A DNA stretch of 64,000 nucleotides, counting the filler, from Bonamia ostreae (lineage: Eukaryota), in assembly GCA_040357525.1 (NCBI GenBank). It is 15 parts of 15 records of this genome, joined end to end, with 100 filler letters (N's around TTAATTAATTAA, not from the genome) between each part and the next. Parts side by side here need not be neighbours in the genome. Positions count along the whole stretch, not along the records: positions 30,444 to 34,662 come from JBDODL010000344.1; positions 34,763 to 38,971 come from JBDODL010000345.1; positions 39,072 to 43,273 come from JBDODL010000346.1; positions 43,374 to 47,575 come from JBDODL010000347.1; 11 more parts are not named here. The stretch is one strand, 5' to 3'. The notes below the pieces were generated by a model, which saw nothing but the letters and a program-made list of their open reading frames with translations, was not told the origin of the DNA and searched no databases. Of this stretch, positions 33,860-44,302 are shown piece by piece. The stretch's first letter is position 1. The number at the start of each line of letters is the position of its first letter. The translations under genes were made by a program, and so were the position numbers.

Positions 33860-34662
33860 ATGACTAATTTTACAATGCCCCTTAATGTTGAAGCGAGAAG
33901 ATCTACATTCGAACAGGTTTCTAAAGGAGCAGATAAATTTAACAGGACTATAGCGCCAATAGTTCAAGCCGGTCAAACTATGCTTGGTCTTGGTGGCCTT
34001 GGTTATAGTGGGTTGCAATCAGGCCTAGAATTAAGTAGGTCTATATTTGCCAATAGATCCCATAAAAGATTGGAATCAGAGGCGGATGAGGTGTATAGAG
34101 ACCCTTCATATTTAACAACAGGTTTGATGGATAGACTCAGAACAGATTTAAATACTGTTAGAGACTTTGTTGGATTATACGAAGGCAATAATACTATTAC
34201 TAGCCCAGGAAATATGTCTCAACTATCAACTGGGTATACTAATTTTTCTGAACTATTTGATCCTTCTAAGATCGATCAAAATATGAGATTAATAAACTCA
34301 AGAATTGCAAAACAAAGAGAGGAAGAAAAAGCCCAAGAAATTAGAAACATGATTGGGTCTGATACAACAGGAGCTCTTTCTGGAATTACTGAAGCCATAC
34401 AATCAGTAGCCCCAGAAAATATAAGTTTCTTATCTAGGGCAAGAGATGTTTTCAGAAGAATTGATCCAACTACAACTTCACAAAACTTCGTGCTAGCAAC
34501 CTATGCAGACAAATTATTTGACAATTATATGTCCAAGAAAAATAAAAATACTAAAGATGCAATAAGGGATTCTATAGATACAGTAAAAAGATTGACAAAA
34601 CTTATTAGAAGCGGTGGATCACCAGAAGAATTCAGAGCTCTTCAAGACATACAATATGATTT
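33860..34662 (+). CDS. ORFan with N-terminal Gly-rich hydrophobic segment (foreign contig, 3'-truncated)
   Basis: AAGGAG at 33849-33854 directly after the upstream stop, 5 nt before ATG; AGQTMLGLGGLGYSGL segment. Confidence 0.75.
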
Positions 34663-34872
34663 NNNNNNNNNNNNNNNNNNNNNNNNNNNNNNNNNNNNNN
34701 NNNNNNTTAATTAATTAANNNNNNNNNNNNNNNNNNNNNNNNNNNNNNNNNNNNNNNNNNNNTTGCATTTTCGTTCGCAATTTATTTTTTTTGTAAAAAA
34801 ACTTTCTATTTGATCGATATTTTATAACAAAAAGGCCATAAATTAAAATAAAAATAGAAAAGTGCCACAAAT

Positions 34873-35085
34873 CTAAATTTTATTTTTCCTCATTTCTTCA
34901 ACGAACTTTCTTCTGTGGACATTGTGCGGATTGTAGTTATTCATTTCGTCCGCTTTCATCAAATAATCGTTCCTTCTGCTCTTTCTCATATTGAGATTTG
35001 TCATTATTGTTCCGATCGCAAAGACCACACCGTACGTCCTAAGATTCGCTTTCATCATCGATCTGAAAACAGAATGTCCTTTCAT
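34873..35085 (-). CDS. Small basic single-TM protein (possibly mitochondrial)
   Basis: 70-aa ORF with TYGVVFAIGTIM hydrophobic stretch; coding-like composition within AT-rich flanks. Confidence 0.45.
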   Translation of the reverse strand: MKGHSVFRSMMKANLRTYGVVFAIGTIMTNLNMRKSRRNDYLMKADEMNNYNPHNVHRRKFVEEMRKNKI

Positions 35086-35435
35086 TTCGCTTATTTATTA
35101 TATTGTTTTCTCTTAATATTGCTTTTGAAAAATTTAGTTTTAAAATATTTTTCTAATATTAAATTCAAAATTTCAAATCTGTTAAATTTAAAAATTCATA
35201 ATTTTATTTGGAACTGACGTTTTTAAATATCTTGTTTTGCAATTTTACTAATTTGCCATTTTTTATTTAAAAAAAATATTTTAAAAAGAGAATTAATATT
35301 CGTTTCATTTTTCAAATTTATCCAATTTATTATTAAAACTTTTAGATTCGCCAGTTTTTTAAATATGACAAAAATTAAAATTTTACAAAATGTTTAATTA
35401 TTGGAAAACAAAAGTTTATCATTTAAAATTAATTA

Positions 35436-37134
35436 TCAATCGCCGCCCTCCGCCTTAAAACTGCGCCACGCCAAGTTGACGGCGTTGAAAACACGCGAAG
35501 AAATAAAGTCAATTTCGGGATTAATGTCACCTCGTCTGTCCGGGTGCACGAGCAGGACAGCTTTTCTGTAGTGGCGTTTGACAGACTGGGCAGTTATCAA
35601 GGAGGAGAGTTCTGCTCTGCCCCACCTCTCTCTTCCACCTTCCCACAGAATTGTGTGCAAAGACGACAGCAACGACCTTATGTCCCTTCGAGACCCGTTC
35701 TTGAACTCCCACTCGTCCAAGATCACTTTGTCCTGCTTCCAAGTCTGCTCTTCTTTTTTGTAAGGATCGTCTTCTTTTTTCTGTGATTTGTTTACATCTC
35801 CGTTGTCGTTTGCTTCATCCCGCAGACCAAATAGCTCTGAGAGATGATCGGGTTGGAATCCATTTGTTCCGCTATCAACGTTCCTTCTTAAGTTTTTGTC
35901 CTTATCTGTTTTTTCATCTGTTTTTTCAAAATTCGCAAAATTTAGATTTCCGATATCGAGAAGATCAACGCCTTCCAATTTTTTTCTGTTCTTGTAAACA
36001 TTTCTTCTTTTTCTTTCATTTTTTGGCGTTTTATTTTTTGTCGTTTTTTGTTCATTTTTTCTAGTTTCATTTTTTGTAGTTTCAAATTTTGCTTTTTCGT
36101 TTTTTGTGGTTTCAATTTTTGTCGTTTTTTGTTCATTCTGTTCATTTTTCGCCAAAAAATTTTTATCTTCAAAAACATTCGCTCGCTCTCTTCNNNNNNN
36201 NNNNNNNNNNNNNNNNNNNNNNNNNNNNNNNNNNNNNNNNNNNNNNNNNNNNNNNNNNNNNNNNNNNNNNNNNNNNNNNNNNNNNNNNNNNNNTGTTCAT
36301 TTTTCGCCAAAAAATTTTTATCTTCAAAAACATTCGCTCGCTCTCTTCTCAGAACATTTTTCTTCTCTTCGATCAAATCTAATTGAACGCCAATCGCTTT
36401 CACAGCATTCACGCAAAGTGCGCTTTCTTCTCCTTCCAAATTCACGAAGCGAAGGTAATCCGCGAAGGACCGCAAAATCCTTTTTTCCGCCTCCATCTCC
36501 AAATCCCGACAATCGATTTTTATTCTCTTCATCCCGAACCGAACGCTCTTGAAAAGCCGTTCCGCTTTGCGCTCCGTCTCGAACGCCAATTTGCTCCGGT
36601 CGTTCTCGGAGAATTTGAGGTTCATCAACGCCAACTTGTAAGATGACCATCTTCCGCTCCGAATCGCGTCTGCTTTGCCCAGAAGCTGGTCTCGGCTTTT
36701 CAGCGTCTAATATATTATGTCTAAATTTGAACGTTTTCGAGGTTGGCAAATTGCCTTTCAGTTTCTTTCAGTTCATTTTCGAGCGACGTTAGAGCCGAGA
36801 GAGAAATCGATAGCGGTTCTAGCGCTTTCAACGTTCTCTTTCTGTCGCGCTTCTGCTTCTCGAGAATCGGTCGGAAGTCGATTCTGCCCTCGAAGCTCGG
36901 CGTTGTTTTGTTCGAGACCAATTCGGTCATCTTCACAACGCCGTCCGCGCTTTCGGCTTTTTGTTTGACAAAGTCCGAAATTAGCGAAATGGCGGAATTG
37001 AGAGTCGTTTTAAGCCGAGAGATGTTTTCGTCGAGAAAACCGAGTTCTTTCGCAAAAGAAGCGGGACCGTCCTCTTCGTTTGTAAAATGGACAGTGTCGT
37101 GGTTCCGCGCGGTTGAACTCGAAACGCTTTCCAT
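35436..37134 (-). CDS. Auxilin-like protein with C-terminal J domain
   Basis: DIRSLLSSLHTILWEG...VKRHYRKAVLLVHPDR...VFNAVNLAWRSF; N-terminal helical region; spans a 100-N gap. Confidence 0.85.
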
Positions 37135-37479
37135 ATAATCAGCTTTTAGGACTTTGCTAATTTATCGATAAATGGTAAAATCTCGTCTTGAGCTCTTCCA
37201 CATAATTTATAATTGTTACGGCCAACGACTGAATCGATCACATTAAATAAGTTAAATCTTAAAAAATTGAATAAATTCGAGCTTTAAATCAGATTTTATC
37301 TTTGAGCTTTAACAAACAAAGTTATATTTCTGTTTGTTGAGTTGTTGCAAAATAGTAAAAAGGGCCTTAAGTTTTTGCTACGTAAATTTTTATCGCAACT
37401 GAAAGTTTTTGCTTGAAAAATCGTTAGAAATTTATTGGAATCGAATAAGAAAAGTCTAAAACTTATTTTTAAGAATTGG

Positions 37480-38971
37480 ATGCTGATTCCACCGAGCAGA
37501 CACCACTTACTGTTCGACTCTCTCGTCAGGAATTCTGGCGACTCGACGGTTGTCGTATTCAGCGCGTTGGATTGCGACGCGATCTGTTGTTGCCAGATTT
37601 TGTCCGTTTTTCTGTAATTTCAAGTGCTTGTTTCGAATGCAGCACGTTCGTTTTTCTGTGATACCTGTTACCGGTTATCAGAATTTGAAGGATCAGTTTG
37701 ATCACATTTTTAGCGATAATTCTGTTTTTACTTTATTGTTTTAATAACATTTTTGATCGCATTTTTTGTAATAATTTTTAGCGATTTTTTACTTTATTGT
37801 TTTAATAACATTTTTGATCGCATTTTTTGTAATAATTTTAGCGATAATTCTGTTTTTACTTTATTGTTTTAATAACATTTTTGATCACATTTTATTTAAA
37901 ATTAGTTAAAAAACGCTTTATTTTTGAACAACGGCGGGTCGGTTGATTTGGCGTCATTTCTTTTATCCCCCGAAGAAACTGACGTCGAAAACGATGTCAA
38001 ATTTTACGTTTTTGACAGCCATCGGCCATTCGATCTCGCCAATGTTTCGGATGAAAATGAACGCGTCTCCATTTTTTGCGACAATGATGACATCGAAACC
38101 AACTATCCTCCCGACCTTGACGCCGAAGAACTCGTTCTTCACAACTTTTCTCAATTTAACAAAACATTTTCTAAAATGTTAAAAGAACGAAGACGAACTT
38201 AAGCAACTAGAAAAACGGCTCAAAAGATATTACAACGGCACTTTTTGCGGGCAGTCGTCTGCACTTTGCGCATTCAAAATAACAAGAAAATTGTCTAAAA
38301 ACAACAACAACTTAATTTGGGCCGCCATTGTCGGTGTCACAGACCAACTCGTCCACGAAAAAATTAGAGCGGGTCAATATTTCGACGCGGTCCGCGAACT
38401 CAATATCGAAGTTTTGCAATTAAATGTGCCTGGAATGCTCGGAAATAACGCCACTAATAGCAAAACGCGATCAAAATTGGTGAGTGGCCATGTCGAGTTT
38501 TCGAGAGAGTTTTTGTTTTGGCGAATCTTCAATTTTTATTTTTCAATTTAGCGATTTTTAATTCTTGCGAAAAATTAATTCGAAGACTCAAAATGTCCTT
38601 ATATCGTCATTGGAGCATTTTCGAAAGTTTATTCAATTCTGTCTTTATCGCGGCAAAATTTGGTTTTATAAAAATGGCGAAGAAATCGCAAATTTTTAAT
38701 ATGTCCAAAATTGCAAATTTTAATATTTAGCAATTTGGAGGGACAACGGTCGCCGAAAATTATTTGATTTTATCGCAAAACTATCGATTCCTTTGGCAGT
38801 TCCATAAAAACAATTTAATTAAAAAGGAATGTAAACGTCCTTACGCAAAAATGAATGAAACCGATCAAAACCGGTTTCAAGAAAAAATCCAAAATTTGTC
38901 AAGTCGATTTGGCATTGACGAAATCACTTTTGGATCGTTCATTCGAGTTTATAAGAAAAATTTTAGAGACA
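37480..38971 (+). CDS. CDC45: Replication initiation factor CDC45, multi-exon, 3'-partial
   Basis: VFSALDCDAICCCQIL, FLNNGGSVDL, FYVFDSHRPFDLANV, LIWAAIVGVTDQ, MSLYRHWSIFESL. Confidence 0.93.
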
Positions 38972-39071
38972 NNNNNNNNNNNNNNNNNNNNNNNNNNNNN
39001 NNNNNNNNNNNNNNNTTAATTAATTAANNNNNNNNNNNNNNNNNNNNNNNNNNNNNNNNNNNNNNNNNNNN

Positions 39072-39480
39072 AAAAAAATATTTAGAAAAAATTTAAAATA
39101 AAAATTTAGAAAAAATATTTAAACTCGAAAATAATAAAAAATTTCGAAAATAAAAATTTTTCTGCAAAAATTAAATAAATTGAAAAATATTTCGAAAATA
39201 AAAATTTTGTGCAAAAAATGAATTCCAAAAATAAAAAAAATATTTAGAAAAAATTTAAAATAAAAATTTAGAAAAAATATTTAAACTCAAAAATAATAAA
39301 AAATTTCGAAAATAAAAATTTTTCAGCAAAAATTAAATAAATTGAAAAATATTTCGAAAAAAAATAATAAAAAATTTCGACAAAAAAATTTTGAAAATAA
39401 AAATTTTGCAAAAAATGATGAATTCGAAAAATAAAAAAAATCCAAAAATAGAAAATTTTGAAAATAATAAAAATTGGTTT
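39072..39480. repeat. AT-rich ~160-bp tandem repeat, probably intronic
   Basis: aaaaatatttagaaaaatttaaaataaaaatttagaaaaaatatttaaactc... recurs at ~39075 and ~39236. Confidence 0.7.
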
Positions 39481-39483
39481 TAA

Positions 39484-41265
39484 CCTCTTTCGATCGGAGG
39501 TTGCCATTTCTGCTTCTCCTCTTCATAGCGCTTTTTGTCCGCGGCGGCGAGAATCTGATATTTCCGCTTCTCCTTCGTGCCGAGGTTCTTCCAGTGCTCT
39601 CCGAGCAGCTTCGCCACCTCCGTGAAATCTTTGTCTGGATACTTCTTGTTGAAGTCAGCCCTGTTGTTCGCCACGAAGTAGAGGTACCCCGACAGCGGGT
39701 GTTTCGGCGCGAGGGGGTGCTTCTTCCGCTTCTTGCTGTCCACCACCAGCGGACACGGCTCGAAGGCGAGTTTCTCCTTGCGATAACGGGCTTTGTCTGC
39801 TTCTGCCTTCTGCTCGTACCCTTTCTTCTTCTCGGGGTCGAAGGACTTCCACTTGTCGCCGAGGATGCGCGCGATCTCGGTGAAGTCTTTGTCCGGGTTG
39901 TCCACTTTGACCTGCGCCCGATGGTCGGAGGCGAAATAGAGATAAGCGGACATCGGGTGCTTCGGCGCCTTCGGGTGCTTCTTCCGCTTGGGCCGCTTCA
40001 TCGTGCCTCCTTCGGAGCGAGGGATATATTGCTTCGCCTCCTCGTCAAAGCGCTGCTGGTCCATCTGCGCGAGACGGTAATATTGCTCCTTGGACTTCTT
40101 GTCGAGCTTTTCCCACTGGTTTTGGACTACTTCGACGATGTCCGAGGGGGAGGCGTTCGGGTACTTGTCCGCCACCTCCTCGAGGACGTCCATCCGATAA
40201 TAGTAGAGAGCGGAGTTGGATGGCTCAGGGCCGCGTTTGCGTTTGCGGTTGACGCGGGAGTTTATCTTTTTCGCCTTTAAAAATATTGTTGAAAAGTTCT
40301 GTTTCGACATATGTTCTGCTATTGGCAAAACATGTTTTGCTAATTTTTTTTTCGCGAAAATTATATGGACGTTTTTTTAAATTTAGAGAAAGGTTAAAGT
40401 AAAGACTTCGAACAAAAACACGTTTTGTGTCAAATATAAAATATTTGATGTCCGATTTACGACATTAAAAATGTGACTTTAAAAATCGTTTTACAGAATG
40501 AAAAAATGTAAATGACTTCTAATATAATTTGCAATAGCAAAAAATGCAAAAGATTTTTAAAGCTTCTCGCATATTTTTAAACAACTCATTTTAAACACCG
40601 AACTACATTAAAATGGTGATTTTCTTAAAATATCCTATACAAACTGCTTCGATTTTCCTTAACCCCTCTTCGAGAACAGCGATGTCGACGTCCTTTAACA
40701 GATTTTCCTTCGAGAGCGCTAAGTCGCTTTCCGACTCCAAAGTTTTCTCGGGATGGAAAAGAGCGCTCAGGATTTTGGGGGATGGGATGGCAATAAATTT
40801 TTTCTTTATTTTTATGACGGGGAGGTTCCGCTCCTCTTCGGTCACTATCCGAAAGAGGTTCCTCCTCTTTTGTTCCGATTCCATTTCGTTCGACGGCTCG
40901 TTCGGCGGGAACAAAGCCGATTCGTCGATTTTGTAGTCGCTTTCAAAGTCGGTCCGAACGCTCTCAGTCACACTTTTGACCAGGCTCTCCGGCGGGTTTG
41001 CGTCCGAATCCTTGACAGAGCTTAATTCCGTGTGCTGGGCGTCAAACATTTGGTCAAAGTTAAGTTGTTCGTTCGGTTTTGCGGGAGCAGAATTTTCGGT
41101 GTTTTCGCAAGCTCTTTGGATTCCCAAATAGATCGACTCGAAATCGACTGAATTCCGCAGAAAGTTGAGGATTCGGTCGTTTCGGGCAAGATCCTTACTG
41201 TCGCCGCAAGGGGCGAGAGAGTCCGGGGTTATTTTCGGGTTTTGGGGGGTTTTTTGGGTGGACAT
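39484..41265 (-). CDS. Triple HMG-box protein (exon 41265-40645 joined to GC-rich exon 40274-39484)
   Basis: Three boxes: GPEPSNSALYYY...WEKL, APKHPMSAYLYF...GDKWKSF, APKHPLSGYLYF...GEHWKNL; phase-0 splice joins the upstream 220-aa ORF. Confidence 0.85.
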
Positions 41266-41369
41266 TTTGTTACAAAAGTTTGGTTATCGGACTATGAACA
41301 GCTCTTACTTGCTGTATTTGCAAACTTTACCAGACAGGAAATCGCAAAAGTATAAAAATTTTGCAGTTT

Positions 41370-41933
41370 TTTACAATGAAAATTTAGCGAGAGCACTTAA
41401 AAACGTTTTTTATGCGGAAAATTGCATAAACAAAAAATTTGCGAAAAAAACGTTTTTAAGGTTGGTCTTTTTCTGTTGATTGGAAATCATTTTTTTCATC
41501 GAAACGGAGGAATCGCCGGGAGGCATTTTGGGGGTTTCAAGGAAAGACTTTGAGTCTTCGAGAGAATGGCTCTCTGGCTTGTCGGAGGGGAAGTCGTTAG
41601 TTTGGTCAATGTCGTACTTGATGCTTTCCAACAAGTTCTCTTCTTGTGTCTTTTCCGGGTCGGCGCCTTGCGCGCCGTAGAAATTGAGTTTGTCGTCCTT
41701 TAAGAGAAAAGTTAAAAAGTTAGAAAAGTCAGAGGAACTTAAAAAGAAAAAGTAAACTCTAATTATCAAATATCATTAACTCAAAATAGTCAAGCCTAAG
41801 GCGGAAAATCTATGAACTAAACTAAGCAAATTAAATGACTCCTTTTGGCCGCCAGCGGTCAGAGATGCTGTTCGGCATCTCGCCGACCGCGCGGCGGGAG
41901 CAAATTTTAAGAAGTTCTTATATAATAAACCAT
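41370..41933 (-). CDS. Hypothetical spliced protein with mitochondrial-presequence-like N-terminus
   Basis: NFLKFAPAARSARCRTASL...HRFSAL followed by acidic exon DDKLNFYGAQGADPEK; exon boundaries uncertain. Confidence 0.35.
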
Positions 41934-42186
41934 AGTTGTTTTTTAACAGTTTTGTTAATACTTGTAGTTAATATTTAGCAAAAAGTGTTGTTATTATATA
42001 GAAAAATTTTAAGCTTTTAAGGCTATTCGAGAATCGCTTAAAAGTTAGCCTTTCTAATTTTGGTTTGCGTGATTGATAACAAGTCTAGTTTTGGTGCCAT
42101 TTGGATGCTGTCCAATTTTCCAATTTATAAAATGCAAAATTAAGACTGTTAAAAGCTAAAACAAAATGTCTAATTTATTAAAATGG

Positions 42187-43273
42187 TTATCGAGGCTTGT
42201 CCAAGAGCGAAGTTCTGATGCGTTTGAACTCGTCTACGCAGTCTTTGGGAGACTTTCGGGGGATCATTGCCGCTATTCTCGTCCATCTAGACTTCGCACA
42301 TTTAACGTTCGCTGTTAACGCGATTCCCTTTTCGAGCAAAAAATGTTGCTCCGAAGACCATTTTGGGCCTTCTTCGTAGCGACTTAGGCTTTTGCTTCTG
42401 AGTTTTCTGGGCAAATTGTCTTTTCCGGTCAACTTTGCGGATTTGAGAATGATGTCCGATTCGGACTTTGCAACACCCGATTTTTCCAAGTGCCGCGAAA
42501 TTTTCCCCCAGCGGTCGATCGTTCCCGCGGGATGTCTCTTGAAGGCTTTCGTCAAGAGAACTATTTCGTCGTCCGACCAATCTGTTGACATTGACTCGAT
42601 TTCCTTCGTTATCAGTTTCGAGTGAACGAGATAGAGCTCGTACTCGCCGCAATTCGAGTCCAAGATTTTCTGCAATTCAGCCGATTTGGTTTTAGTGAAT
42701 ATCCGGTTGGCCATTTTCGCGTTTATTTTATGTAACTCGGTAAGTTTTCTGAAGTCGGACTTTAGTTTAAGGATTTTATTGTTTATAATGGCTTCCAGTT
42801 CTTTTGCTTTGGCTTTCTTGTCGAAGTCCCTTTTCCGCGCCTCTTTTTGCAATTCTTCGATTCGCTTCTCTTCTTTCTCTCTTTCTCTTTTTCTTTTTCG
42901 AATTAGAAAAATTTTTACTTTTCGAGTTTTTTGAGCTTTTTAAGTTTTTTGTTTTCTGCCTCTTTTTTGTAATAAAGTTCGATTCGCGGGTCTGATTTGA
43001 ACGCGTCGTTGACCAGTTTTTTGACTTTATTGATTTAGAAAAGAACTTCTTTTGGCTTCGGCTTTTTCGAGTTTCGAGATTTCCGCTTGGTTTTCTCTGG
43101 CCATCCATCTTCGCTCTTCTCTGTTTTCGGCTTGCTCCAATTTATGCTTCGCTTTAAAAGAGTAATCTCGCCAAGTTTTAAAGCGTCTCCAGAAATTGTA
43201 AAATCTGTCATTAGACAATTCCGATAAAATATTGAATGTTCGCAAAACCTGAAAACTTGATCGATGTGTGTGT
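42187..43273 (-). CDS. DNAJC2: DNAJC2/MPP11 (zuotin-like) with two SANT domains, 5'-partial
   Basis: FYNFWRRFKTWRDYS...AENREERRWMAREN...LVNDAFKSDPRI; WSDDEIVLLTKA...RWGKIS; WSSEQHFLLEKG...RWTRIAAMIP. Confidence 0.9.
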
Positions 43274-43373
43274 NNNNNNNNNNNNNNNNNNNNNNNNNNN
43301 NNNNNNNNNNNNNNNNNTTAATTAATTAANNNNNNNNNNNNNNNNNNNNNNNNNNNNNNNNNNNNNNNNNNNN

Positions 43374-43902
43374 TTTGTTCGTCAAAGTCTTTTTTTGGTT
43401 GTTTTTCGTCGATTTGCTTTTGTTTTTCGTCGATTTGCTTTTGTTTTTCATCAATTTTTTCTGTATCTTTTTCAAGTTTTTCATCAGTTTTTTGTGTATC
43501 TTTTTCAAGTTTTTCATCAGTTTTTTCTTTTTCGTCAATTTTTTGTTTTTGATTATTTATTTCTTTGACTCTTCGCTGGACAATCATTTTTTGTTTGTAT
43601 ACTTCAGAACAAAATGCAATGGCTTCTTTTCGTGCACTTTCCGGAAGAGCATCGCCGAGAAGCACAAGATTGTCCATTTCAAAGTTTTTTAGCGAAATGA
43701 CTTCTGTGACGGCCTCTAATAAATCTTTGTTGTCCATTTTATTAAGTTGGAGAACGCGTTCTTCCGCGGGGAGATTGAGGAGACGGGCTTCCTCTTCATC
43801 TGAAACTTTTGGAGGATTTATCGACAGTTTTTGTTTTTTATAGTTTTCACCTTTTTCGTCTATAATTTGTTTTCGTTTTGGAACTTTCGTGTTTTCTGTC
43901 AA
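43374..43902 (-). CDS. Hypothetical protein with KE-rich repeats, partial
   Basis: Open frame; KTDEKLEKD and KQIDEKQ repeats. Confidence 0.5.
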
Positions 43903-44302
43903 AATTTCGTTTTTTCCTGTCTTTTGTAAAATTTTCAGTTGAAATTTTTGCGAAATAATTTTTCCAAAAATCGATAAAATTGTAATAATTATTTAGAATA
44001 TCAAAATCACAAAAAAGCGAAACCATTTCGATCTCAAAATTTATTAGTTGTTGTTGTTATAACTTATTTCATGCACACTTTTACAACTGTTTTTAATATA
44101 TTTTTTATAATAAAAATTTAAACCATTTTAAAAAATATTAAAATTCCACTAAAGTTTTGTCCATAAAATTTATCTGTTAATTTGAAAATTGACAATAAAT
44201 TATTAATTTGACAAAGTAAAAAGGCCAAATCAGAAAATTTGACAAAGTGAAAAAAACAATCCGAAAAAACAAGAAAACAATAAAAAACATTTTATTATAA
44301 TT

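Noticed and set aside
36140-36345. Duplicated sequence flanking 100-N gaps (also 2646-2830 and 44845-45055) as real direct repeats or TSDs
   Set aside because: Overlap on both sides of a scaffold gap is most simply an unmerged contig overlap or collapsed tandem repeat.
39474-40280. 268-aa plus-strand ORF and high GC of the HMG exon as a horizontally acquired or overlapping gene
   Set aside because: Antisense shadow of a GC3-rich exon; the gene has host-type splice sites, and similar local GC rises occur in RPL17 and calpain exons.
39484-41933. Joining the mitochondrial-presequence-like exon at 41933 to the HMG boxes (TFAM/Abf2-like protein)
   Set aside because: All three frames just upstream of 41265 contain stops and that ATG has its own GAGCT upstream, so these appear to be two genes.
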